Positions 12,547-26,401 of a stretch of DNA of 64,000 nt are shown here, one piece after another. Made by a program: the position numbers and the translations under genes. Origin of the DNA: Dicyema japonicum (Eukaryota; Animalia; Dicyemida). Where the stretch lies: contig RDEW01000027.1 in NCBI GenBank assembly GCA_011109175.1, positions 734,511 through 798,510 on the forward strand, in the 5' to 3' direction. The notes beneath the pieces were generated by a model. The model ran no database searches. It was not told the origin of the DNA and saw only the letters and a list, made by a program, of their open reading frames with translations. How positions within the stretch are numbered: the stretch's first letter is position 1; each line of letters opens with the position of its first letter.

Positions 12547-13372
12547 CTGGTTGCTGAAACAACTCCGAGAGCGCCTTGTCCAATTGAACCCTCTACCCAT
12601 ATGGCATTCAGGCTCTGCCTCCTATACTCCGGTGTCAGGCTTTCTAGGATCAACTTTAACACAGTGGACTGTAGATAGGCCTGGAGCTTCCTATCTACCC
12701 CCAACTGCTTCAGATAACCCTTGTGGTGTATTGTTGATCGACCCCAAAAAATATTGTTACAATTCCTTCCCACGTCATTACTATAGGAATAACGAGGACC
12801 TTGCAACCAAACATCTGCCCCATCTCGTTTGCAAGAAAGTCATACTTACTTTTTTATCCACCTCCACCGTCTGAAAACGGCCTTGAGACGTAATGACAAC
12901 TTCTATAATAAGGACTTGGCCAGACTCCTTATCGTGTACCACAATCTCCGGTTTATTGTGCTTGACTAGCACCGAGGTACGGAGAACACTGTCTACCTTA
13001 ATTTGGACCCTGGTGCTCTCTACTACAGATTGTACCTTATGAGTCCTAACTTTCTGGTGTGGCGAATACCATACTTATTGCATAGTAGAAGATGAGGACT
13101 CCTTACTACCCCGTTATGCCTCCACACATAGTCATGGCATGGCATAGATCCACATCGAGTGGCTAAATGATCAACCGACATGCTCCTTGACTTATAGTGG
13201 GGACATGTATTTGTTGATCGACCCCAAAAAATATTGCGGTCTTGCATACACGTGTACAGCGCTTCCGATCGAAATGGGTTGTCACCGTATTTTAGCCATA
13301 TTGTCGACGACTTAAGGTCGACATGTAGGTTGTCCAATGCTCTGAAGAGGACCTTATGAAGGCTTTTTAAGT
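12547..13372 (-). mobile_element. R4/Dong-like LINE C-terminal unit (CCHC + REL, no RT), copy 1
   Basis: Reads IWLKYG..MQDRNIFWG..CPH..DHLATRCGSM..HDYVWRHN, HNKPEIVVHDK..VLIIEVVITSQ and KGYLKQLGV. Confidence 0.8.
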
Positions 13373-14277
13373 AAAAAAAATATATATATATTTAATTAAA
13401 AATAATATTTTAAATCTAATAAAATGAATAATAATTAGATGCAAATGTTTTACGTATCAATTTGAATTATTAAATAGATACTACTTAATATTTTTACAGT
13501 AAATCTTGAAGAATCGTTCATGCCTAACAAATGTGAAGGTCTATTGAAAAAATAAATTAATAGTTTGCAAATTAATGACAGAGGATATTCTGGATAAACT
13601 CAAAGAAACGGAAACTTCTGAAATCATTAGGACAGGTCATGAATACGCCACAGAAATAGAATATTCAAACTCGTTCGTTTAGTAAAATAATAGAAAGAGA
13701 AATTCGGTTTAGTACAATGATAGAAAGAGTGTGTGAAATATTCAAAGATTATGATTTGCATAAAGAATACATTGGATGGAGAAGGTTCAGACCTGGGAAG
13801 AGTGAAACAATGCAGGCAATGCAAAATCTATTGTTTGATTTTGTATTTACTTAAGAAAGCGAAATGTGTCAGTCAATTTGGGCATTCCGGAAGCTCTCTG
13901 GAATAATACAATTCGTGAAATAGCTGCTCTTCGTGTTGATGTAATATTTGATGATAGACTAGTGTATTTCCATGGTAAATGAATATGAAGAAGAAATATA
14001 CATTTGGTACAAATACCACAGAAATGAAGACTTGGCTGAATATATTTGTAGAAATATTATTTTGGTCGGAGAGGACTTTTGTATTAACAATATATCATTT
14101 TAGCCTGTCTTTACGAAAAACTAAAGAAGATCACTGATCCTAAATAATTATGACTAATTATGTTAAGGGTGGATTTTCTTTTTAATTTTTCATTTAACCA
14201 ACCAAAAATCACTATTTTTACCATAAGCAACTTTCCTCGCCTGCCTGTTCGCCATCCTCTTCATGGAGGTTCGACTC
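13373..14277. repeat. About 900-bp AT-rich block duplicated in inverted orientation at 31524-32420
   Basis: The near-identical ORFs 13627-13824(-) and 31977-32174(+) both read MHCLHCFTLPRSEPS.. with identical translations. Confidence 0.9.
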
Positions 14278-15185
14278 TGGTTGCTGAAAAAGCTCCTGAA
14301 GCGATTATCTAATTGAACCTCTGCCCATATGACACCTCCGGTCTCTGCCTCCTATACTCCAATGTCAGGCTTTCTAGGATACACTTTAACACAGTGAACT
14401 GTAGATAGTCCTGGAGCTTCCTATCTACCCCTAGCTGTTTTAGATAACCTTTGTGGTACTTTGTTGCACTTCCTTCCCACGTCATTACTATTGGAATAAC
14501 GATGACCTGGCAATTAAGCATCTGCCCCATCTCGTTTGCAAGCAAGTCATACTTACTTTTTTATCCACCTACAGTCTGCAAACGGCCTTGGGACGTAATG
14601 ACAACTTCTATAATAAGGACTTGGTAAGACTCCTTATCGTGTACCACAATGTCCGGTTTATTTTGCTTGGCTATCATCTGGGTTCGGACGATAACGTCCA
14701 CCTTGATTTGGACCCTAGTGTTCACTAATACACATTGCACCTTTAAGTCTGTTTTCTGGTGTGGCGAATACCATAATTATTGCATGAAGACTCCTAACTA
14801 ACTCTTTATGGCTCCACTTAGTCATGGTATAGCATGGATCCGCCACTAATGGTTAAATGATCAACTAATATGTTCATTGACCTACAATGGGGACATGTAT
14901 TNATCGTGTACCACAATGTCCGGTTTATTTTGCTTGACTATCATCGGGGTTCGGACGACAACGTCCACCTTGATTTGGACCCTAGTGTTCAATAATACAC
15001 ATTGCACCTTATAAGTCTGTTTTCTGGTGTGGCGAATACCATAATTATTGCATGAAGACTCCTAACTAACTCTTTATGGCTCCACTTAGTCATGATAGAG
15101 CATGGATCCGCCACTAATGGTTAAATGATCAACTAACATGTTCATTGACCTACAATGAGGCCATGTTGTCAACGACTTAAGGTCA
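14278..15185 (-). mobile_element. R4/Dong-like REL unit, copy 2 (contains an N-join duplication)
   Basis: Reads MLANEMGQMLNCQVIVIPIVMTWEG..YHKGYLKQLGV; closely matches 30790-31523. N at 14902. Confidence 0.8.
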
Positions 15186-15722
15186 GTTGTCAGATGCGTT
15201 CAAAGACAGATTGAGAGGAAATTGGAGTAATTGGATGATAGAAGGCGAAAAGCAGTTTACTAAAGGGGGAGCCATGAAAGCACTCTTATTAGAAATAATA
15301 ACAGGATGGATTATTAGTCGTGGGATGATGTGTCGCTGTCTACTGAGGAACGCTATTTTAAGAATTGCTGCATTTCCAATTCTCTCAATGGGACAGAAGA
15401 CGACCTTATCTGGAAAGAAGAGGAAACTGAGGATAAAGAAGACCAAGAAGATGCCTTTTATGACGACAGACTAAACGAAAATGAATGAAACGAGCTTTTT
15501 GGAAATAGTGACGATGAAGACGGATTTTAACACTTTATAATTCTAATTTATTGTTTCTTAACTAAAAATAAATCACTTTCTGAGAGTATTCATTGTTGTT
15601 AGTCTCTCTCGCCGCGTGATATCACAGGGTTACAAAGTAAATAGTATACAAAGGATATGTCAGGAAATCGTAAATTTCCGTCGAATTTTAGGGGGTCGAC
15701 TTATACACCGGCAAATACGATG
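15183..15722 (+). mobile_element. pogo/Tigger-like transposase 3' part with right TIR
   Basis: Reads AFKDRLRGNWSNWMIEGEKQFTKGGAMKA plus an acidic tail. GGGGTCGACTTATACACCGGCAAATACG at about 15692-15719 resembles a pogo-type TIR. Confidence 0.7.
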
Positions 15723-15964
15723 ATTTAAGGTGAGCCTAGAATGACATGATGACTCTCCCATAACATTGGGCTTGATCATGAGGGGTAACTGCCATTCATA
15801 TCATGTTGTTAAGATTTAATAGCCACTAGTAAACAAATCGTATTATGGTTACTTAGTAAGGAAGAGAGTTCGTAATTTTGAGCAGTTTCCACCACTAGCG
15901 GGTGACCAGAATGAAATATATGATAATTAGAGAACGAGGTCACTTGGGGTATTCGTGCTGAATT

Positions 15965-16165
15965 AAATTATTCCAAAGACCAAGGGTAAAACCAAACTAA
16001 TTTCTTGATCCTGACACGTTGATCCAGAGAGCGAGCGTAGTCCTGGCAGCTGAGGTCGATTCCAGAACTCGTCTCCAGGAAGCGAAATTGTCTCCCGGTC
16101 GAATGAATAGATTGATCCTTTTGAATTCCGGCCAGGCATTGGGTGTCACGCGGCGTTCTCAGTTT
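15965..16165 (-). mobile_element. LINE 3' relic
   Basis: Reads CLAGIQK..LDQRVRIKK, with UTR ACCCTTGGTCTTTGG; paralogous to 26402-26600. Confidence 0.65.
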
Positions 16166-17318
16166 TAATATTATTATTAACAACAAAATCGAATCATATA
16201 AGAAAAATTCTATTTGTGCTGCGTCTGGATGATATTCGATACTAGTCTCTCCCACCCTCTCACTACTGAGGTATATTTAATATTATAAACTTGAAGGTAC
16301 TTTGAAAGTTCTCAAAGTCAATTTTTAACCTGCATCTAATTTTACCTTTTAGATAATAAACCAGTTATTAAAATGTATAAATCTCTTCAGAATGACTACT
16401 TGGATGATTTTATAAAGAGTTCGATAGATAGTCTACGTTAACTCATTACTGACTTTTTTGATGGACCAATATTTTGATTCACATATTTTGATTGAGGTAA
16501 AATTAACCTAAGAGCCTTCATGATTTCGCGAATTTTCTTAGGGATTTTTGCATTTAGCGGTATTTATTTTATTAAAGAAACACTAAGACCACAGAAAAAG
16601 CAGTCAAAGCTAACTAATTAAATGATCCTAGCTTCTAATAAGTCCCGGATTCTCCTCTAGTAATCCCCGGCGATCCCATAGCTTTCTGAAAGTGTTTCCC
16701 GACAATTCTGCAAAGAAATTCGATCGGGGTCATTCAGGACTGATCAAGATTCCTCCGTATCGATAACTCTCCTCCAAATGGGTATCTGGCTCTTTTGAAA
16801 GTTTTACTACTAAAAATAACTTATCATAAAGACATTAATTTTTAAGGAAATTCTACTTTATCGAAACTTTTTAATTTTTAAAATTATATACGACGTCATT
16901 GGATTCACTAAACTCAAAAGATCTGAACCCTGCCGGCATCCAAAAAAGATCCCTCTCTTCCCTAATCCAGTGAAGGGATTCTCATTATGGCGGATATACA
17001 TGGACATAATAGTGAGAAAAGATGCATTCCACTCCAATCGGGAAACTGAATAAATCATGTTTCAGGTAAATAATTTGGACGGTCTCATAGTGAGACCTAA
17101 TTTCCTGCAATAATTTATATGGAGATGGGACCTATTAGTCATCCCTTTCACGTCTGTCTTTCTGGCTATTAACGATTCAATTCAAGTAGGAAAACGAGGA
17201 AGTTTGCGTTAATCAACTCCAAAGTTTCTACCGTGATAGACCTCAAAAGAACTATCTTCCGAGCAATGACTCGAATAAATGGGGTATTAAAAGCAAAAAA
17301 CATTCATGCAAAGACAAG

Positions 17319-18763
17319 TCATGCAAAAAGCGGTAATATTGAGGAATATTCACAATCCTCGAAAAGATAAGAGACTCTTCTAATCTCATCGATAATCAAA
17401 TCAGCTCCATCATCACTAATCATATATGACACATTGAATGTCTTTATATATGGGTCCTGAATACAAATACGTGACAACTTGGATAAAAAATATGGCATAC
17501 ACTGAACTCTCCCGCAGTCTTATCCCCCAACGATCCCGACAAATCGCGGCAAAACGCATCCGAAGGTACCACATAACCATTCGATGAGAGAAACACTTTG
17601 TCAAAGTTCTGACCCGACCAGAATCTGAAAAACGCAGAAATCATATCCACTAAAGTTTCAAAAACCAAAAACTGGTAGACAGATCTGAAGGTCCTCTCAC
17701 CGCCATCAATGTGTCCAAGGAAGGAACTCCGCATAGCCAGCCGTCCACAACCACGGTCTCTTCTGCGTATTAGATTAAAAAAACGTGATATTTCTAGCAG
17801 CTCAGAGGGAGTAGGGAAGCTACGACCCACCGAAGCCGGCAAATTTGAATGGAAGAGGGGTATCAGAATCATTAGATTAACAATGTAGGAGTTCATAAAC
17901 ACACACTTGAATAGAGGTTGTTTGAACCACTGACGAATCAAGATTGATGCATCTCTGAACCCCCTCGAGTAGTTGACGTATAACGCGAAAAGCTGAGAGT
18001 TAAGGATCCCCATTCTGATAATCAGATACCACAAACTTGTTATTGAAAGACAGGTCGACATTTGTGGATGGAAATTTCCGAAGACGGAAGGTCAGAATAG
18101 GCATCCGAGCGTATTTGATGGCGACAATATTCTTAAAAACATTGGAGCCACGAAGGAATTTAGTTACCTCGTCGAAGAAGTTCATACCCTCCCTAATCTG
18201 CAATAATGAGGAAAAAGCACCAGAGTCACGTCAATATCGCATTTTTTACAGGCAAATCCAGCCACGAAGGAACCGAACGGAACCAAACGACCGAAAAAGC
18301 TAAGCTGTTCTCCCAGGATTCCGATTATTTGCTGACATTCCTTGTAGTTAGCACTGTCAATGATAGTTTTGGTTATGATATACTGGATCTGACTGAAATA
18401 AAGGTCAAAACCAACCTCTCCACAGTTGTAAGATCTTCGGGGATCGTAAATACATTTGGGGTCGACTTTGAGAACCGACATTTGGCACGTGTTATATTTA
18501 GATTTTTTCCATTTAGGGTTATAGTGTAGGGATATTGTAGCATTTTTTCCACGCTGCTTCGACTCTTGAAGGTCAGGAAAGCCTCCGTGTTCTGAATATA
18601 TCGACACAGGACAAACCCGATGTATTTTGCAAGACATGATCTCTCCGAAAGACCTTAAACCTGAAATGAGGTCTTCAGGCTTTGTTTTGGGTTTAAATCC
18701 TGAAATATGAATGACAAATTTGCTGTTTCTTTGTTTTTCAGAATTGTGCCCTCGAGGAATCAT
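17319..18763 (-). CDS. RRM-containing non-canonical poly(A) polymerase / terminal uridylyltransferase (TUT1/Star-PAP-like)
   Basis: N-terminal RRM-like FVIHISGFKPKTKPEDL; catalytic PFGSFVAGF..CDIDV; IKYARMPILTF..VDLSFNN; PAP-associated IQDPYIKTFNVS. TGA at 17319-17321; short introns. Confidence 0.8.
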
Positions 18764-19029
18764 AAGAACAACCAAAGTTTATTTTTTGAATTGCAAGAGT
18801 AATTTATTTTTAAAATAAACAAAGATTATTTTTATAATAAAATACATATATAAATTAAAGAATAAAAGTCAGGCGAAACTAAAGGTTTCTAGTAGAGGTG
18901 TTGACTTCTCTTTTTGAAAATATGTCTTTTTTTGCGATTGATTACCCGTTGTCCATTCTCCCTCGGTACTTTCAACATTCGAGGTTTGAAGTTAATTACC
19001 AAAACATCAACTTGGACATGATATATCAA

Positions 19030-19600
19030 TTCATGGGGTCAGTATTTGCTGTCTTCAAGAAATGAAAATTACCGCATATTCTATTACTAAATTGGATGAT
19101 TATTATATAATTTTTTGGACTCTGATTTTCGACATTAAGGTGTTGGATTTTCTGTCATGGAGATCTTTATGACCTTGTGACGCATGTATGGGCTCTCTTG
19201 GTTAGTATTGCAGTCATGCAACTCCGTCATCTCTATCATCAATGTCTATGCTTAGACCGCTGCCTATGTCAATGCCGACCCTGAAGATCTCGGCGAGATC
19301 TACTCATGCTTGACTGGCACAATGACTCACTTTCGTTATCATTTCTGACGTGGAGATTGGAATGCCAGAGTTGGTAAGGTGCGGAATGAGGATGCTTGTA
19401 TTGAATAGCATGTTGGGAACCGTCGAAGTTCCTCTGATGTTTCATTATTTTAATTCTACAAATCCTCTGACGATCTGCAAGGAAATGCGATTAATAAGCC
19501 AGCTCCTTTCTCTTATCTTTCTTCCTTACTTCGATACGGTTCAGCAGAATCAGTGATCTGGTTCCTATAAGTACTGATGTTTCCACACCGAGTTGCTCAA
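19030..19600 (+). mobile_element. Decayed AP-endonuclease domain of an RTE-like LINE
   Basis: Reads CCLQEMK, GVGF, SIINVYA*T, EIYSCL and GDWNARVGK. Confidence 0.65.
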
Positions 19601-19769
19601 AGATGAGCTGTCCAACGAGACATTCATATTTCTTCTTCCTTTGAATCTTTTGACCTTCAATCATATCGGTTGTAGTCAGAAGGAAGGTCATACAATGTAG
19701 GCTAAGCAATATAGACCCCCTTGAGAATAGCCAAAAATTTCCCTTTAATGAAAAAACATCTATTTTAAC

Positions 19770-20050
19770 GTGTTTTATTTTTTTAATTTATTGAACTAAA
19801 AACACCGTCTTAACCGGAACGAAAAAATTTAGGTGATCTCGGCCTTCCTCAGCAGTCTTCGCATGCTCGGACTTGAAGGAAGTGTTTTCCAGGGGGAATT
19901 CTTCTGCATGGTTGTTGACTAATGGTCCTTTTTGGATATAATTTAGGATTATATCTGTCGCAACCAGATATGGTAAGCCACATGACGCACACTAAAAATT
20001 CAAGCTCCCTGGAGCTAAAAAAGGAGAAGAAGAACAGAAGAATCAAACAA
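19770..20050 (-). mobile_element. LINE 3' relic (..MRRLLRKAEIT*)
   Basis: Same terminal motif as other copies; 19950-20040 also matches 6255-6360 in the opposite orientation. Confidence 0.6.
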
Positions 20051-20180
20051 ATTAATTAATAAAAAAAACTTCTTCAAAAAATAGTTTAATTAAACTGATA
20101 ACTTAATTAACTAAAAATATTTTATTAATTTTAGAATATTTTGAATAGACTTTCGGGCTTTAAATTAGTGTTGTGTGGCA

Positions 20181-20565
20181 ATGAACGGAGATACAAACGC
20201 TATTACAGTAGGGGAAATAAGGGAGAAACTCTATCCTTTTGAGGAATTTTTCACAGTCAATGGTCTCAAGGAGTTATTTGACGCCATAATAAATATACCT
20301 AAGGAGCACACAATTACACATGACGAATACACGAGATTCAAAGAACTGGAAAAAGCAAAAGCCCTGGTATTTGACATTGATTTCGTCGACCCAGAAATCT
20401 CCAGACAAGTAGAAATTCGCAAAGATGATGACCTTAATTACGACTTGGACGACTTGATGTATTTCAGTTTTTTATTCCAGTGAAATTTCCGAAGAGTTGA
20501 AGAAGACTGTGAAAACCAAACTTGAGTGCATTGCAGAGAAAAAGGAACTCGTACAAGAAGCGTAA
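20181..20565 (+). CDS. Small acidic hypothetical protein (about 120 aa, one 22-nt intron)
   Basis: Open frame MNGDTNAITVGEIREKLYPFEE.. extended by the intron GTATTTCAGTTTTTTATTCCAG to a TAA at 20563-20565; AT-rich flanks like neighbouring genes. Confidence 0.6.
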
Positions 20566-20731
20566 ATTTAATTAATTTTATTTCAGAAATAATTTAAATC
20601 CGTTAAATAATAAAATTGAAAAATATAAAAATTGTGAAAAGTTAAACTTGGAGGTATTGTGTTTTTTAATTTAAGAATTTAAAAAATCGTTTTGACGAAT
20701 TTTCATTCTCATTGGCGAACCTTTTAGACGA

Positions 20732-21641
20732 ATGGCCGGTAAATCAATTTATGGACTTCCTCTGTGAATTTGCGGAAACACAGACTGAGGACCTTCAAAA
20801 ATTGAAGGAATCGTTAAAAATTGTATCAATAGATGAAGTAACATAGATTATCAAGAAACCTGCTCTTCTTTGTCCAGGAGAACTGGCGAGATTCGAGTCT
20901 GTGAGTTCCAGGTTTTGATTTGCTGATTTAAGTCACCAGGTTATGTCAGATTATTCACAAAAATTCCCAATGGGAGCTTGATTGTGAAGCCTTGAAGGCT
21001 CAACTCAAATTTATGAAGAAATTTGATGTGACTTTTCCGGAATTAGTGGACACTCAGTCCATTCTGTCAAATGAGGATGTCGACGAAATCCTCACGGGGT
21101 ACTCTATAAGTAAAACTGACTCGATTATTACTGAATTTACTGACTTATACAACACCCTTCAACGGTCATGTTCAGAAAAGGTCGATTATTATGCCAATTT
21201 GGTTGAGTTGGGGTTATTTTGAGGCTTTGGGAGTTTTAGAGAGAACGGTTGAGGCCAATTTGGAAGAGATTTTTAAATCCGTTGAGATGTATTTTGACTT
21301 TTTCGAGACCACCATCAAAACGTGGTCAAATTCTCAAACCTGACCATCGAAATTGTCGACCGTAAGCTGAAGACATGTGATGAAGTTCAATCTGAGGGAA
21401 TACGGATTATGGGAGAGAAAGAGATTGGTGGAGAAGCTAAACGAGAAGGCAATAGTTTAGCTGTGGAAAAAGTTGATGGGTATTGTTCATTTTGATATAT
21501 AGTACTGCGGTTATGGATGTTGTGAAGAAGACGTGTGACATTGAAAGGAGGAGTAAGCTGAGGTTACGGAGATCTGAGTTAGATGCGAAGATAAGCTGTA
21601 TTATGTCCATTATTGACTCTAAACTAAAAGACTTTTTGTAG
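20732..21641 (+). CDS. Hypothetical protein, multi-exon
   Basis: Exon frames (DFLCEFAETQ.., KAQLKFMKKFDVTFPEL.., ..SKLKDFL*) can be joined by 22-28-nt GT-AG introns. The start and a few junctions are uncertain. Confidence 0.55.
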
Positions 21642-22084
21642 TAAGTCACTTAATTTTTATTTTTCATTGAAATGAGTGTTTTGTAGAAAATTTATTTTTA
21701 GCGGTATTTTTGTTTAAAAAAATAAAGGATATTGATTAGAATTTTGGGGGATATGTTTCAAGGGTGAATTATCGCTATAAAGAAGATTCCTTCTCTTATC
21801 TGTGGGATTATTCGAGATATGACATACTGTCTACGACGATGCTTCGGAGACTAACAGGAAGTTGTGGAAACCCCTATAGTGGAGTGGGCGAGAGCAAATG
21901 ATCCTTTTCCGCACCAGTCTGGCACTGGACGCCACTTGAGATATGTGGTTCACATGAGGAGTCTACTAGGAAAGGAAAGAGGAGGAATAGACAAAACAAA
22001 CAGAAATCTTTAACCAATTAGGCACATGGAGAACGCCCGACTCGCAAGAATTAATTTATTTTATTAACCCCTAAGAAGATAAAA

Positions 22085-22400
22085 GTTATCGTCTAATTAA
22101 GTGATCCCGGTGTCCATACCAGTCGTTTTCCTGCGGTTACTTTGGAGTCCTGGATTAATCTCCACCGCGGGGAAGGTTTCTTCTCATATCTCGGGCAGGC
22201 GTCCATGTATAGTTTGATGTCCTGCCAGAAAGGATGGTCAGGGGACTTTGCCATCTTGAAGAAGTCCCGGTGAAGTTCCGTAATGTATATCGTGATTGGA
22301 GGAAGTTTAGTGTTCTACAAAGTAACGAAGTAAACGTCCTTTTCGACGATCTCAATAGTATTCTGAGAAATCGATTTTGTAAAACTTCCAACTTGCTCTA
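22085..22400 (-). mobile_element. Jockey/I-like LINE 3' fragment (..GIT*)
   Basis: Reads LQNRFLRILLRSSKRT and ends ACCGGGATCACTTAA. Confidence 0.7.
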
Positions 22401-22575
22401 CAAAATATTTGTATTATAGCTCTAACGATGGGCGGAAAATATTTCCGACTTACAAGAAGAGACTGAAAGATTTATAAACTTGGGAAAAATAAATTAATTT
22501 TTGATAAAAATAAAAAAAAACATTATTTAAAATATACTAAAATATTTTTAAAAAAAATTTATTGCTAAGAAATTA

Positions 22576-25500
22576 ATGGATGATCCTGGAAAAGAGTCAC
22601 TCTTAAATCTTATAAAAGAACATCAAATAACCTTCGAATCAGACATTCGAAGTCTTCAGTCCACTAGCAGCGACACAGTTCCATCTTACTTACTATTTAA
22701 GGAAAAACTTGCTCTTTACGAAAGGCATAATAAAGATTTGACTGAACAAAACCAATTCTTAGTGTCACTTTGCTGTGAATTGCAGGAAAACTGCACTTCT
22801 CTTAACAAAAATGCAATTAGCAGCGAAAATAAGTTTATGTATGTTTTATGAAAGCCACCACTCGATGCAGGAAAAAATCAAAATTCTAACACAAGAAAAC
22901 CAAGTATATGAGAACAAAATTCTTTTCATGGGGAACGAGTACCAGGCACTCAGAGAAATGTATGAAAAAAAAGTGGACGAAGTAAAATTTTAGTCACGTA
23001 GGTCGCCCATTTGAAAGAAAATAAAAACGACCAAGAAAACTGTGGACTTGAAGCTTCAAATTTCAAATCAAGAAGATTCAGCGAAGAGGTTTAAGTTCTT
23101 TATAGCCGGCAGTGGCTTATTGATCACTTAGAAGAGACTGAGGATAAAAAGGGGAACATTGAACGTTGGTTAGAGAGCTCAACCTTGGTGGATCAAAAAC
23201 CGACTCGAGATTTATATAACGAAAACAACCGACTGTTACAGCAGGTTTGATGTTTTGGTGAATTTTTGCAGATTCAAACCATCACTGAGGACCAGGCTAA
23301 GACACGTGACCAGTGTGATGAGTTGAAGACACAACTTTCTCGTCAAATTGAGGAAAACTCTCTTAAACAATCCATCATTGAAAGCAAAGAAAATCTGCTT
23401 AGAAGTATAAATGACGAGATCTCTGCACTTCGTCAGCATATAGACACTCTAAATGGACAAATTGGCTCCCTACAACAATCCGAGGCCAACTTATTCCGTG
23501 AAAATGCCGTTCTGCGCACTCAAATGACCAGTAACTCAGAAAACATGCAAGAATTCTTCAACGTCAAAGAGGAGGTTCATAAACATTTAATGGGCTTTAG
23601 ATCGAAGAGAGGAACGAAGTCATCCAAAAATTAGTGGACGAACTGGACAAAACTCGTGGGCTTGCTAGACAGATGAGAGGAGTCATTGATAAAAAGGACG
23701 AAGAGATCTCTTCCTTGAATAGCAGAAACAACCGTCTTCACTCTGAGTACAGCCAAAAGATTCAATCTGTTGAGATTTTATTTATTTTGACAGATTGAGG
23801 ACAGTATTCCAACAAAAATGGAGAGAGAGGAAAGCGTGGAGGAGGCTTGCCGACCTTTGAGGACCGACAATGCCGTGTTGAGACAAACAATGACCAAGTT
23901 GGTTACAGAAAATAAAAAATTGTGCGACAAAATCGATACCTTAGACAAGGATGTTGACTCCTGGCGGGCCAAATGCAAAGGACAGCATCAAAAGGTAAAA
24001 ATACTTTCCAAGTCCTTAGATGGAAGAGATTGTGGAGAGTGTGTCAGTCATGAGCTATAATTTGAAGGTTGCCAATGAAAAGGTTTCCACAATGACCGTA
24101 GAAGTAGTCAAAAGGCTTAGTAACCTAGATTGGCATGAAAAATGAACAATTTGATACTCTAGCGTACGAACTGAAGGAATCCCGCTCAAAAAATACAACA
24201 TTGAGCCTTGAACTTGAGCGCAAAGACCATAAGATTTCAAAATTGGAGCAGGAATTGGAGAACTTCAGGGATGAGCACGAGGACAGCACTCATCAGGTGA
24301 GAGCATAATTATATGCAGATAACTTGCTTGACTGGTCAAATTGAAAATTTAACAAATTTAAACCAAGAGCATCTGGAGAACCAACTTTACGAGAAAACAC
24401 GACAAAATGACTTGATATCCTCACTGGAGTCGAATTTGACGGAATCTCAATATCTCCTGAAGAATGAGAGGGACAATTCTAAGAAATGTGAAAATTTACT
24501 GCAGGAAAAGGAACTCGAGCTACAACAGCGCAAGTTAGAGTTTGAGAATCAACATAAACAAGTTTACCTTAAGTTGTAGCTGAAGCTGTCAAAAGTAAAG
24601 CTCGAGTTGAAAGAGTGCCGGGCCCTGGAAAAGTTGTATGCCCAAGAAAAGGGAGAGTTACGTGATAAAATGAGCGAAATGGCGTCCGAAGTGGAAAATC
24701 TCAACCTCGATCGGATTAATCTGCTGGAGAACATTGACCAGTACATTGGCCAAATCAACTCCCTGGAAAGTACTGTTTCATCTCAACTCGAACAAATTCG
24801 GCAAATAGTTAATGAGGCAACAAAATGTCGATATTTGTAGAGAACCAACCTCATCACGGATGTTGGGAACCTAGAGGACCTTTCCGAGAATCAAAACCTT
24901 GCCATCAAAGCAAATGAAGCCACTATTGCCAGTCTAGAGCAGAAACTGGAACTTTCTAGGAAAGAGATCTCGATTCTTTACACCAACCAAATAGAACTTG
25001 AGAAGGAACGTGACACATGGGCGAAAAAAGCAACCCAGGGAGATGAGACGACGGAAAAGACCTTCCTTCAAGTACTTTTCGATCTTAATCTTAGTTAAAG
25101 GACAGCAACGATAGGGCTCTTGGTCTCACTCGAGATCTCCAGGATTACAAACTCAGTCACACACAGTCGAACGAAAATTATGAACTGATCGTTGAAGAGG
25201 CTAGGCAGCACAAGAAAGCGCTAAGTGAATATAAGGAAAAAAACGAGGCTCAAGGAAGTGAGATTTCCAAGTTAAACAGGCAAATTTCTACGATAAATGA
25301 AGATTTTGTGAGGAAAACTGATGAGGTCCACGGAGTCTATTAATTCTCAGATTTACCGCTTAGAAAAGAAACTTGCAAGTATGAAGGAAGAAGTCGAAAA
25401 TGTGGTCACTAAAAACTCGAAAAAGACCAGGAAAATGGAAAAGCTGATAAAAGAGATCTCTCAAAAGGGAATAGAAAGAGAATCTAAGATCACCAAACTG

Positions 25501-26401
25501 CAAGCTGAAATTGAAGACAAATCCTCTGTGATTCTAAAACTCAGAGAGGCCGAGCAAACCAATTCCACGTGTATTGACGGAAAACACTCTCAAGTTCAAG
25601 CTTTACAGGCCGACATCGAAACACGACGATGTGCCGAGGCCCGACTACGGGAGGACATTCAGATGAAATCGGAAGAGGTCATTCGTTGCTTTATATAAGA
25701 TGCAATTACTCCAGAGTGAACTTGCAGATTTCACCGAGGAGATCAAACTCTTAAAGGCAGTCAACAAGAATCTCACAGACGAGGTAGTGGTCTCCTATGA
25801 GATTAGCTGTCTAAATTAGGGGATCAGAACAAACTTTTGTCGCGACAGTGCGAGTCCACGTCTAATCAGTTGCAGTCCAGCGTGGCTGACTACGTTAAAG
25901 CCCAACACATTATTACCAGACACGTGAATGAATTATATTCCTGCAGGTTAGTCTTGACCATGACTGTTAGAGAAGAAGTTGAATTGTCCCGAGAAGAAGC
26001 GTTGGGACTACGACAGATGAACGAGGAATTCAAAGGTTCTGTTCTGAAGCTGCAGCGGGAAAACTATAAATTAGAAAAGGAAGTTAAGAGCCTGAAGAAA
26101 CAACTGGAAAAATCAGAACAAGAAATCAATCGTTTAGAGAAAATTGTGCTAAGCACAAGTTCTATTCGAAGAAAAATCGAAAAATCCGCCCGAAAACAAA
26201 CCAATGAAGGAGAGAACTGGGATTTACCTTCTAAACAAGAAAAAGGAGATAATTTGGAGAAATATAAAATTGATTTGAATGAAGTTTCCTCCCTAACAAG
26301 TGATAGCAAAACTGTATTTTCATACAAGTTATACATAGATAACACGTGATTACTGGAAAGATAAAGTGACTGTGTTAAAGAATAAATTGTCTCAGTTTTA
26401 A
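22576..26401 (+). CDS. Large coiled-coil protein (about 1100 aa; centrosomal/golgin/rootlet-like, family not recognised)
   Basis: Successive E/K/Q/L-rich heptad ORFs are joined by 22-27-nt introns. ATG at 22576, TAA at 26399-26401. Confidence 0.8.

Noticed and set aside
14636-15165. About 265-bp direct repeat in REL copy 2
   Set aside because: It is centred on an N at 14902, so most likely an assembly join.
22982-23001. A definite 20-nt intron
   Set aside because: An in-frame 29-nt alternative (22973-23001) exists, so it cannot be decided without reads. Kept only as a caveat to the length-floor finding.
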